From Hydrolagus colliei (Eukaryota): DNA of 64,000 bases. Both the position numbers and the translations under genes were made by a program. Within the stretch, counting starts at the first letter, position 1, and every line of letters begins with the position of its first letter. Shown here piece after piece: positions 49,401 to 61,565 of the stretch. The notes under the pieces are model-generated. The model was not told where the DNA came from, did not search any database, and saw only the letters and a program-made list of their open reading frames with translations. The DNA lies in assembly GCA_035084275.1 (NCBI GenBank), contig CM068771.1, forward strand, positions 2,232,001 to 2,296,000. Reading direction: 5' to 3'.

Positions 49401-52400
49401 AAACACAAGGCTCATTATTGTTATTACTATTTTAGGTGTTCACTATCTGCAGGTGATGTATAGCTGTGCAAGGAGTGAGGACAGCAGAACACATGGACAC
49501 ATCACAGTTGCATTCGATGGTAAGGATTTTATCAGCTTTGATAAAAATGAGCTGAGATGGATTTCCGCTGTTCCTGAGGCTCAGATCCTGAGAGAGAAAC
49601 TGGACAGTGACACAGCCATGAACGAGCATTGGAAACTGAACCTGGAGAATGATTGTCTTACATGAATGGAGCAATATTATCAGCATTCAAAATCCACATT
49701 CCAGAGACAGAGTGAGTGTGTTTTTATATATAATACAGCAATATTCTGTTATGTGATTAATTGTTGCTGTGTCAGAGTGGGCTCAGTGCTGAGCTGTGTG
49801 TGACTGTGCTCCCCTCCCCAGGCCGCCCTGACGTCTCAGTCAGTTACAGGAGGGACCTGGCAGGGAGAGCCCTTCTCTCCTGTCTTGTCACTGGCTTCTA
49901 TCCGCGGCCCATCGAGGTGACCTGGACAAGGGACGGCAACACTGTCCACGAGGTGGTGTCCAGTGGTGTATTACCCAACCACGATGGCACCTTTCAGATA
50001 ATGAAGCAGATGGAGCTGGAGACGGGTTCCATGGAGGGGCAAGGCTTCTCCTGTCTGGTGGAGCACAGCAGCCTCCAGGGGACGATGGAGGTGCCGTGGG
50101 GTAAGATCAACATTGATAAATTGGCCGAGTCTCTGAGCCCTTAACAGTAGTGGAGACTCACACTAAGCCGGGGGAAGTGTCCAAAGTTATGGTGGAAGAG
50201 TAAAGTCTTCAGGTGTGATCTGAAAATGGGGAAGGAGGGAGCAAGGCCGAGGGATTGAGCAATAGGTTTGGAAAGTTTCAGAACTTAGTGGCTGAAAGCA
50301 AGGCCACCGAAGGTGGAGCAGAGGGGACAAGTGCAAGTAGGAGGCCACAGCCAGCCAAGCAGAGAGGGCAGTTGGGGGAGTGAGGAGTGGGATTGGTTGG
50401 AAAAGTAAGGAGGGGCCAGGAGCTTGTAGATTCGTGTGAGAATCTTGAAGTCAATCCATTCTCTGATACGGAGACATGCGCACAGTAGATCTGGGTTCAC
50501 AGCTGGAGGTGAGAGCAGCAGAAGAGAAGATATTGATAGGAGCCAAGGATTATGGCTTCTGTTTGCAACACTATTGCTCAATCCCTCATCTGCAGGAAGT
50601 TTAAATTAATCCAGGCCTTGATGTCTAACCAACCAGCTGACAGGACATCAGTGGACCTGTATTCACAGCTGAGGAGAAGTAGATTTGGGTGTCAACTGCA
50701 CAAGTGTCTCCACCACATATACAAGAGCACAGCGGGAAACTGGGAATAACATGAGGAGTCAGCCTGTCTATGGATGATCGCTCTGTCTTCTCCAAACAGG
50801 TGTTAGTAACAGTCTATTTGTTGCTCTCAGGATCTTAATGAAAGTTTGTTTTCTGTTCGCTCCATACAAATGGGAAAACAGAGAGAACTCCGGACCTTTC
50901 TGTTTCCTGGATCCTTGGCTTGGTCATCGGGATCTTCCTGTTGTCTGTTGGGATTGTTGTTGGGATTCTCATCTGGAAAAGAAAAAGAGAGAAAAATGGT
51001 GAGGAAATGAGGGAGAAGGTGATGGGGGCTGTGATTCCCCTGAGCTTTAGCTCAGAGTCATTCAGTAACTCAACCTCACACGTCTGTGTATCATCAGTGC
51101 TAACTATCGCATCATTGGCCCTCTATTACTGAGCGTTGTTTGTCTCTGTGTTTCTGTGATGGATTTTGTCTGCGACAGTAAAAGCAGGTAGTTTTCTGTG
51201 TGTGTTATCTGTGAAGGGTTGTGGTCTGTGTATGTCTGAGTGTGTGTGACTGGGTGTTGTCTCTCAGTGTGTAACTGGCTGTTATGGGTGTGTGTCAGTA
51301 TGAATGCTTGAGATCTGTATGTGACTGTGACTGAGTGTTTTATATCTGTGTGTATCTGCCTGATGTCTGTGTGTTTTTGAGGGTACATCCAGCATCTGTG
51401 TATGTGTGTGTGTGTGTGTGTGTATGTGTTTGTGTGTGTATGTGTTTGTGTGTGTATATGTGTGTGTGTATGCATCCATATGTGTTTCTGAAGGGTTGTG
51501 ACATGGGTGTGTCTGTGATTATGTGACTGAGTGTTGTATCTCTGTGTGTAACTGGCTGTTGTCTGTGTGTGTCTGTGTGTCACTGGTCTGTTTGTAATTG
51601 ACGCTTGTTTATTTACAGGCCCCGGGAATCACCAGTACAGAGGACCATCCGGTAAGTGAATCACAGTGAGGCTGAACACAGTGTCAGGTGACACTCTGCA
51701 AGTGGACGTGTGTGCAACACGTGTGACATGTTCTATGCTCACCTCACTTACATAACTCTACAGTGTTGTACAGGTGTTTTCTGTCTGGCTCCTTGACCTG
51801 TGACACACAAGCAATTTCTCTCTGACTGACTTTAACTCACAAATATTGTCTGTCTGACTGTAGCATATGGCTATTGTGTGTCTGTAACATGTAGATATTG
51901 TTTGTCTGACTCTGACTTGATCTTTCATCTGTTTCTGGTAACAGGTACTGACAGTAGCCAGTTGACAGTATCCGACAATCAGCCACAGGTAAGAGCTGGT
52001 CAGAGCCACAGGACCTCCAGTGATCACCAGCCACTAACCAACACTAACCCTCTGTGAGGATCAGGGCTGGGCTGTGACTGTGCCCATCTCCCTCCCTCGC
52101 CCTGTCCTTCCTGAGATGGGGAAGTGGTCACAGTGAAGCTAACAGGGTATTGGTCAGTCAGTGGCCACAGTCGCCAGGGCCATGACCCTGAGCTGGTTAC
52201 CAATGGTCACTCTCTTCCCTCTTGGCTCCTGTTATCCCTGTGGCCAAAGCCCTGGAGGTTGGACAAGCAGCGGGAAGCTTGAGAGACAGAGCACTCAGTG
52301 GGCAATCTGTGTGGGTTCAGTTGTTTAGAGTCGAGCAGCCATTAAAGTCACATTGGAAATATCATAGAATAACAGAATGACACTGTGCAGACAGGAAAGG

Positions 52401-53629
52401 CACAAGAGTACATGGTGCCCTAGGCGAGCCTTCAGATGTGCGCCCCTAGTAACATTTGATAAGCTAATGTTAATACTAAAAATTCATATACAGTAATTAG
52501 TTATCAATGAAAGTAATGGTGATAGTTATACATTCATTTATAAAACACACTTGTGTTGTATTTAAGTATTAAGCATTGTCCAGTCAGGTTACTGGTAACT
52601 CCCGCGCCTCTGACACTATACGCCAGCAGACAACAGCAGTCATTTTCGATGTATGTGGCAAACTGTACGTGCTCTGTAACTAGGACTGGCGCACTACCCC
52701 AAATTTTGACTCCCTACGCGACCGCCTAGTTTGACTAAAGCTAGTGCTGGCCCTGAGCACAGAAGGAGGTCATTCAGCCCATCGTGTCTGTGTCAACTCT
52801 TCGAGAAGCGATGTCCAAAACAATCCCACTCTCCCACTCTCTCCTTGTAGCCCTGCAAACTTGTCCTTCCCAAACAAGTTTCTACTTCTCTCATAAAACT
52901 TTTCAATCGGCTTCTTCCGATATTTCATGCAATGCTTTCCAGGTCAAAAGAACCTGTTGCATGAAACCATTTTTTCTCAACACCCCTCAGTTTATTTTCA
53001 CAACTATTTTAAACCATTCACTGTCCAGCACCTTGGGGTTGTCCTCTCGACATGAATGGCGCTATACAAATGTAATATTATTGTTGTTACTGAATCTTTG
53101 CATTTATCTATAATACTATTATCTTGCATTTGATATAGCGCTTTTCACATCTTATTAATGTCTCAAACCACTTCACAGACTACACTGTAAAGTGAATTGA
53201 CTGTATATTTGGAGACTGTATAGCTGTCAGTACGTTGCTATTGTTGCTTTGTGATTGTATGTAACAATGTGTAATCTCAGGTATTTCCGTGTGACCATAG
53301 AATGTGTTAGTTTAGTAACATCTGTAATTAATGTGTCAACTTCATATCTCATTTATATTAACAACAATATGTGTATATTTGAGACATGTGATCATTAGTG
53401 ATGGGACTTGGTCATGGCTGGCTTTGCAGAGGAGACTGGGGACTGTGTGTGGATGGCAAACTGTTTTTCAGGCCTTTTCTCTGCCTTCCTAATGGAGAGA
53501 TGATCTGTAGCTGGAGAAACAGCTGTGTTGGTAAAAACAAACATTCTCACGGCAGGTATGGACTAAACACCTCTAACTTTGGGAATAAAGAAGTAAAGTC
53601 TTACCGATCAAGAGAGAGACACTCAAACA

Positions 53630-54965
53630 AACAACAAACAAAACTTACATTTATATAGCGCCTTTCACGTTGAGAGGACATCCCAAGGCGCTGTACAGTC
53701 AGGTAGGACAAGAGCAGGGTGGGAAGGATCCGGGCAGGATGAAGAATAGTAGGAAAAGTAACTATATATTAGTGGGCAAAACGCGGCAGCCAAATTGAGC
53801 ACAGCAGTGTCCCACAATCAGTCATGGAAGTGGGACTAGGGGCAAAAGGGGGTAAAGAAGCAAAAGGGGAGGGGTCGAGGCAGGGGGAAGAAAAGCAGGA
53901 AAGTCGACTGTATATTTGTGGGCGAAACGCGGCAGCCAAATTGCGCACAGCAGTGTCCCCACAAACAATCGCGAAAATGGGGCCAGGGGAGAAAGGGGGA
54001 AAAGAGGGTAAGGGGGAGAGGGAGGGAAAGGTGGGATGGGTTAGGGTTAGGGAGGAAGAGGGGGGAGAAAGGGGGGAAAGGAAGAGAGGGATGGAAAGAT
54101 GGGTGGGGGCAAGATCAGGAAGAGGGAAGAGGGAGGGAAGGGGAAAAGGGAGGAGAGAAAGTGGGGAAAGGGAGTGAGGGAAGAAGAAGATGGGGGCAGG
54201 GGTGGGGGGAATCAAACAACAATAATAAACAACAAAAGCAATAATATTAACAACAAAAACAGCAACAAACAATAACCAACAATCGTCCAGCAACCACTCC
54301 TTGTCCTCGCCGCCCGCCTGGATGATCCCTGAGATGGCGAGAAAAAAGGGCCCAGTGTGGTGTCAGGCCCCAAAACCCACCGGCTCCTCAGTCGGTGAAC
54401 CCGGGGACTCGGTGATGGCCCTGGCACCTCGGACATGGTGTGTCTGGCCGGCTCGCACAGCAGCAGCAGCAGCAGCCCGATCGCCGTCTGGATCTCCCGC
54501 GACGAGATGATCCGTCGCTTGCAGCACCTGCGTGCTCTCCCCCTCGCGGAAGACGTGCGCCACCCGCTGCCTGAGGAAAGTGCCAAGGTCGCGGCCTTCC
54601 TAGGTCCTGTCGAGGGGCCACTCTTCGCACAGCCGGAGGAAGCGCCGACAGCGAATGGCCGCCATTCCCTCCGTGATACTCCCCGTCGTCCCAAAAAGAT
54701 GGCTTCGTTGGCCGGCTGCCCATAGAGGAAGAACCGGCAGCGATGGAAGCCGGCTCCAGCTGGTGGGCTGAGCGGTGCATAGCGTGAAAGCTGTGTCCCC
54801 GCGATCGTTCCAGCCCGAAGATCTCTAGCCTCGGGAGTGGGTGGTCCCGTGTGAAAACAAATATCACTATATATCTAATATTACTATTAGATAGAATAGA
54901 TGATATAAAATATAAATATAAAATTTCTTCTATCGCCAGGGAGGGGGCGAGGTGGAGAGAGTGCA
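53630..54965 (-). mobile_element. Composite CpG-rich insertion ending in an L2 tail
   Basis: Absent from the left arm (contiguous at about 8520); has a CpG-rich block 54300-54850, a purine tract, two SINE-core copies and an L2-type tail at 53630-53700. Confidence 0.6.
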
Positions 54966-57900
54966 GGTGCACAATCAATGAGAAACAAGAGGGAGAAGAA
55001 GGAAAGATAAAGAATATGACTACAATGAATCTCAACCTCTATTGACGCTCTCAAACTAAGCAACAGTACATGATCATTGTTTGGCTGATCGAACGGGCAT
55101 CTGTGCAGCAGCAGCTGAATACCTTTTGGAGGATATTAAATGGAATGGAATTGGAATTTACTTCTCCATCACTTTTGCAACATTGGTTTGGTCACCATCA
55201 CCATCGAGGGAATGAAACAGGGATACGTAAGAATTATTCTATTGAATTCCTTTAATCACCAATATTATTACTAATCTGAATTAATACATTTATATTTGTT
55301 TCATACAAAATTTGTGCCAGTGTGTACTTGACCATAGTGTGTACACCACCCTCTTCTCCTACCTCTCCCACTGTCCTGCCCCAACAAATTCCTCTTGGCT
55401 CCTCCATCTCTACTCCCCTACTCCCTAACCTCTCCTACTGTACTCTCCCTCTCCTCCCTCTCCCTGCAAAGCCACCAATGATGGAGGGGAGGATTCACAG
55501 AACCCAGAGGTGGCTGGTCCTGGTAGAGCAGAGAGTGGGTACTGCTGTGAGTAGAGAGGAGTAGACTGGGTGTGGAAAAGTAGAGTTGGGCGTCATCCGC
55601 ACACGTGTGAAGTTAATCCCAATATCTGTGGATGACATCACCCAGAAGGAGCATGTAGATGAGATGTAGTGCTGACGGTTTGTCAGGTAGGACTCAAGCC
55701 AAGCGAGTGTAGTCCCATTGAGGTGGATGATGGAGGACTGGCAATGGAGGAGAATTAAGTGATACTCATGTCTCCTGTCAATGACTTCTAACTTGTGGCT
55801 CTGACATCCTCAACCTCCCCTCCCCGGCCTATCCTTCAGACTTTCTGAATCAGTTCACAACTTTTTGGAATTAGGTTCGACCCACAGTTGTCCTTCCTTC
55901 CTCACACCCGGTCCCTGATCAGAACTGTCTTCCTTTAATAATAAAGGTTATTATTATTATTAGCATTCCAGAGATGGAAACAATTCCCTATTTGAGCCCG
56001 AGCTGTAACCTCCCCTCCTGAGCTGCGACCTACCTCACTGAACTATAACCCCCACTGAACTATAACCCCCACTGAGATGTAACTGCCCCCTGAGGTCGAA
56101 CCTTCTTCCCCAGATTGTAGTGTGTGAGCGAGTGTGAATGTGAGCGAGTGTGTCACACAGTGAGCACACTCAGACTAGTGAAGTGCTTTGAGACATCTTG
56201 AAGATTTGATGAGGCACTAGATCAATGGAGGGATTATTTATATTGTTGTTATTATATCTATGGCCCCAGTTCTTGTGCTAAGCCCTTCCCCTCTGTGGTT
56301 AACAGGTCAGTTAGTGTATTGTTAGTGACAAACTGGTCTGTCGTTGTCAAACATCCTGTGATGCCCTATATTGTATTTCCCCTTTAGAATCTGAAAGACA
56401 ATAATCATGTCACCTCTCAACCTTCTCTATTCCAGTGTGAACATGCCCAATATGTTTAGTTTTGTTAGAATTCCTTGAGGCACAAATGACTTGACAATCC
56501 CAACTCGTTGCGACTAGTTTAATTAATAGTAGACAGATCAACACATGAATATAATCGAGCAATAAAGCAATCACAATATTACCCGCTCTCTTTGACTCCA
56601 GACAGTAGATGACAGTGGAAGGAGTTCAGTTATTTAACTCTCTCCCTGTATCCTCCTGTTACTGTACTGAAGCTGGCAAAGCATTGCTGATTATAGTACA
56701 AATTCTCCTAATCTGCCATTGCTGCTGTCTTGTGAGCATATTTCATCATTAACCATATCCTGTATTCCCTTGGATTACTCAAGGTTGCTAATAATTAAAC
56801 TTCACCAGCCCTCAATAGGCCCATTTCTTATTTGGAGTTGTTCTGACACATTCTGCAAGATCCTCATCTGTTTATCATCTTTCAAACATGTGGTAACAGC
56901 CGACACAGGCTGGTCAACCGACATCCCCCTGACATCTGGACCCTCACCCTCTTTCTTCTAAACTAAGAAAAACAATTCTAGTTAAGGTTATCCCTTGTGA
57001 TCAATAGACTAAAGGTGCAGCCAAACACATAGTCATTTTACTGAATTTGTCCAAGCTTGAATCACATATTCAACATTCCCTTATATGTAATTTATAGACA
57101 ACAGGAAATAAACAGCCAGATCTATGTTGTCGAACTGTTGCTCTTCACAATTCAGTCGTTCCTTTCCATCAATTATTTTGCTTGATCTCCTCTGTATTTT
57201 CTCGATTCTCCAATAGCCTTGTCACACTGCGGCCAGAAATGTACCCAGTACATAGAGCATTGATGGGAGAGCTTCAGTTCATTGTCAGTCTGCATTCCCA
57301 GGTCCTCTGTGTTGCCGATCAATATTATTTTGCTTCTATTCCAATGATAGTCCCTCCCACAATTTTTTGATCCCATTTTTACTTTATGTTTTTCACATTC
57401 AATTTCATTGGCCAACCTAATGCTCATTGAGGAGATGAAGCCCAGTGGGTGGGTTTGGGGGAGGGGGGTAGGGGGTGGCTCCATTACACTGTGTAATGGT
57501 GTGGGTGGGGCTGGGTCACCATGGGCTGTGGAGGCTGTGGAGCTGCCTGGCTCAGGACTGGAGACGGCCACAGAGGCTACACTCCATTGATGCCGACAAT
57601 CAGTTCTAATCTTAACTGATTAACTGGAGCCAAACATTGTTCACTCCTCGACATCAACGGCCTCAGAGCGACATCAAGGCTTTAGCTCATAGGGAACCTA
57701 GATTGGAATTTATTCCTAAAACACAGACAGTGAATTACATGGAAACTGAGCCAAATTGTGCACAGCAGAGAACCACAAACAGTCACGGAAATGGAGCCAG
57801 GGGAGAAAGGGGGAAAGAGGGCAAGGGGAGAGGGAGGGAAAGGTGGGGTGTGGTACAGTCAGGGAGGAATTTGTGGGAGAAAGGCAGGTAAGGAGGATAG

Positions 57901-58092
57901 AGGGAGGGAAAGTTGGGTGGGGGACAAGATCAGGGAGAAATGGGGAGAAAATGATGCAAGAGGGAAGAGGAAGGGAAGGGGAAAAGGGAGGAGAGAAAGT
58001 GGGGAATGGGAGTGAGGGAAAAAGAAGGGGGGGGAGGCCATTGGGAAAATGGGGAGGGGGGGGGGAATCAAACAGCAACAATAAACAACATA

Positions 58093-58682
58093 CAACAACA
58101 ACAATTTACATTTATATAGCGCCTTTCACGTCGGGAGGACGTCCCAAGGCGCTAAACAAGAGGCATGTGACCCGAGCTGGGAGGGGAGTGTTTGGGAAGG
58201 GGTGAAACACGAAGGGGAGGTAAAAGAGTTCGGGGTGGAACAAAAGGCACGATCGAAGAGGAAAGTCTTCAAATCGGCCTTGAAAGAGGAAAGGGAAGAG
58301 GCGAAACGGAGGGATTGAGGGATGGCATTCCATAGGGTGGGAGCGGAGAAACTGAAGGCCCGGCCTCCGATGGTGGGGCGGTTCGGGCGGGGGGCTTGGA
58401 GCAGGCCAAGTCCTGTAGAACGGAGGGCCCGGGTGGGCTTGTAGGGGGAGAGTAGATCAGCTAGGTAGGATGGGGCAAGGCCATGTAAGGCCTTGTAGGT
58501 GAGGACGAGGATCTTAAATTCGATCCTCTGGAGGATGGGGAGCCAGTGGAGACGGGCGAGGGTGGGGGTTATGTGGTCACGGAGGCGGGTGCGGGATAGT
58601 ACACGGGCTACAGAGTTTTGGATGGCCTGCAGCCTATGAATGGAGGAACTGGGGAGGAACGTTCGTTGTGAGGAGATGCTGG
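58093..58682 (-). mobile_element. L2 3' fragment in the TRIM-D 3' UTR
   Basis: Closely similar to 27170-27757; TSD AACATA at 58087-58092 and 58683-58688; absent downstream of the TRIM-A stop. Confidence 0.85.
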
Positions 58683-58702
58683 AACATAATCAACATAATG
58701 GG

Positions 58703-61102
58703 TTATAACCGGCAGATTGTCAGCGGCTCTGAGTTGTTCCCGTCCTCATTATAGAAAAGACCGAGGAGAGGATACAGTCTCTCAGTGAAAGTGCTGGTGA
58801 AGGTGTAGAGATGAGACATGTGATCAGCGTTGTAAACTGACACCTGTCCCCCCTCATAGTCCAGGTGAACTCCCACCTTCCCGGGTCTCACTGTCAGGGG
58901 CAGGGGGGTGCGGGGTGACGTCAGAGCCACATAGGCCCCGCCCCACAGCCTCACCCCCCAGACCCCCTCCTCTGGTGACCATGTAATCCATTGTTTCCTG
59001 TTGACAGACTCTCTGGCCAATCCCACAATCCACTCAGTCTTGTTCCCCACCTGCACCTCCCAGTAATGTCTCCCTGATGTGAAGCCCTCAGACCCCAGGA
59101 CAAAGGGATAGTCACTAAACCTCTTTGGGGTGTCAGGGAGCGGCTGCTCATTGTCTCCGTGTCTCACACTGGTCAGGTCCTCAGACAGGATGAGCTCGGG
59201 ATGGGCTGTGTCAGGATCCAGAGTCAGAGAGGCCGGAGCTGAGAGAGAGAAACAACAACAACCACAACAACTTTTATTTGTATAATGTCCTCCACGTTGG
59301 AAGGCGTCTCAGAGCGCTTGACAATAGCGGATCCCAGGACTGAGCCAGGGGTAGAAAGATGACCAAAGGCACAGTGGAAGAGAAACAGCACAAAGTGTAG
59401 TGAGACGGTGAGAGAGAGTGGAGTGAGAGAGAAACAACACAAAGTATTGTCAAGGGATGGGCACTAGGACCCGGGAGCTGGTGACTGATCCCCATCAGAG
59501 GGTTAGAATCAACTGCAGTGATGTTGTCCCGCCGCCAGCAGAGGGCGCTGGTGACAGTGTGACTGCAGTGGCTGTTGGGCTCACACAGCGCCACCTGCTG
59601 AGGGTAACGCGGTACTACAGGCATAGGATCATCCAACCTGACCTCAGGCTATGGAGGGCATTGCAATGTTTAACCTGTGAGGATCCAGGTGAATGTAACA
59701 ATATTCACAAACCTTCAGTGTGAGAGTGGGAGCCATTTACCTGGACTGATGTTGGGTAACATCTCTCTCCAGGCTGTGTATTGTACAAGTCTGTTGTATA
59801 TTCCCACAGGCAGATCATCCTCACACACCAAGAGCGTAAAATTCTCATCACTGATCCTGAAATAAGAGTCAAACATACTATAAATTGAACCTACACTATG
59901 TGTTTGTTTGTGTGTTACATTCTGGGGATGTTTTGTAAAAAGCTTTTCATACCTTCTCTTCCGAGCAGCTTCCTCCTAGTGAAATAAACACAAACCGATC
60001 TGAGCTCACATGATATAATACATCATTATAATGTAATTAGATGCCAACATTCTCACACCGATCAATCAATGTAAATTCCATGGTAACCTGTGAAGCGCTT
60101 TCAGACGTCGATAAGATGTGAAAAGCTCTATCTCAAATGCAAGGCTTATTATTATTATTCTTAACCACATCTGTCCTGGGCTGTTGGTTTGCAGGGACAC
60201 TGCAGGCTCTGAGAGTGACTGATGAGGGTTTATTTCTGTACTGATTGGCAGCAGCAGAGTCATTCATGGAATCTTAAGAAAACATCAATCAAAGTACTGA
60301 AACAAAACACAAAACACTACAGATGCTGGGAATCTGAATCAACAAAAGTGGCTGGGGAAACTCAGCAGGTCAGGCAGCATCCATGGAGAGAGTAAAAAAA
60401 GTCAACGTTTCGGATCTACAGCCCTTCGTCAGAACTGGGGCTTGTTTGGAGGGAGAGGTTTTTAATTAATTTATTTGAGGCTTTTAATTATTTATTTAAT
60501 CAAATTACTGATCTGTTTAACTGTCAACAACAACAACAATTTACATTTATAGAGCGCCTTTCACGTCGGGAGGACGTCCCAAGGCTTTGGATTATATCTC
60601 CAGACTGTGTGTAACTGTTAAAATGCCATCTCTTTACCTGAAGAAAGATTAGTGCGTCTTTCTCAATCTGTTTCTGTAACTCTGAGAGCTTCTGCTGAAT
60701 AGCATTTAATTGGCTCTGAATCTCTCGCAGGTTTGTCTCCATTCTGTGTAAAATCTCCTCCTCTCGCTGTCTGAGCTCTCGGATTACACGCTGCTCTCTG
60801 TCAGTCAGGTTCTGGTGCATTTTAGCAAACTCAGCCGTGACATCCATCTGCAGACTGCTCACCTGCTCCTGAAAAATCAAGCGTCAGACTTTACCCGATG
60901 AACACACAGTGAAGAGAGACACACTGAGACATCACACAGTGAACATAGAGTAAGGAGAGACACACTGGGGGCCTAGACTATACACGATCGGTCAAACACA
61001 ACTTACCTTCACTTGTGAAATCTTGTGTTTCTGTTTAACTTCAGCTTCTAGAGCCGCGGCCTTCCTCTGTGTGAGAGAATCTAAGGAGGATTTCACTTTA
61101 TC
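58703..61102 (-). CDS. TRIM-D: coiled-coil and PRY/SPRY exons of a TRIM gene (RING/B-box exon lies beyond the window end)
   Basis: Exons 61007-61102, 60638-60868, 59953-59975, 59741-59856, 58703-59238 (full SPRY, stop TAA); open frame. Sequence 61103-64000 is the inverted copy of TRIM-A intron 1. Confidence 0.92.
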
Positions 61103-61226
61103 CTGCAATTAAATAAAAACCGTGAGGAAAAAAACATCAACAATCTGGCTCAGTTTGTGTTTCTCTTGTCTGTGATTCACAAAATTGTGGGTCAACCCCC
61201 ATATCAGGACTTTCAACTCCATTGTT

Positions 61227-61565
61227 CAACTCCACTGAGCTCCTGTGGCATAGTGGTTAGAGCACTTGTCTTGCAAGCTTGGGAGCCCGGAGACCTGTGT
61301 TCGAATCCAAGCAAGTCAGGGCGAAATCTTGGTAAGTTTCTTTACTCCACACACCTAATAATAATCCGTCCAAAATAAACCCACAATAAAAAATTGGACA
61401 TTTAAATCCCCTGTTTGTGGGACACTGCTGTGTGCAATTGGCTACCGTGAGTCTCCCACAAATATATATAGTCAATTCACTTTACAGTCTATTCTGTGAA
61501 GCGCTTTGGGACATCGATAAGATGTGAAAAGCGCGATATCAAATGCAAGGATTAATATTATTATT
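61227..61565 (+). mobile_element. tRNA-derived SINE with L2-like 3' tail
   Basis: A box TGGCATAGTGG (61246-61256), B box GTTCGAATCC (61299-61308), central CTGCTGTGTGCAATTGGCT core, (ATT)n tail, TSD ATTGTT; empty site in TRIM-C at about 38285. Confidence 0.85.

Larger units (their letters stand above)
44459..51988 (+). pseudogene. MHC-2: non-classical MHC class I-like gene, probable pseudogene
   Basis: Exons: leader 44459-44525, alpha1 46930-47190, alpha2 49436-49711 (in-frame TGA at 49663-49665 where MHC-1 has CGA), alpha3 49822-50100, TM 50882-50998, cytoplasmic 51619-51651 and 51945-51988. The terminal coding exon is absent (deletion junction at about 52340). Confidence 0.88.

Noticed and set aside
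54212-55035. GC-rich ORFs of 96-215 aa as a host gene
   Set aside because: Overlapping ORFs on both strands due to GC content, no recognisable domain or splice context, and located inside an arm-specific insertion.
57481-57499. 9-bp perfect hairpin CCATTACAC-T-GTGTAATGG
   Set aside because: Too short to be significant in 64 kb.
61240-61320. tRNA gene
   Set aside because: A and B boxes are present, but they continue into a SINE body and tail flanked by a TSD; I found no convincing cloverleaf.
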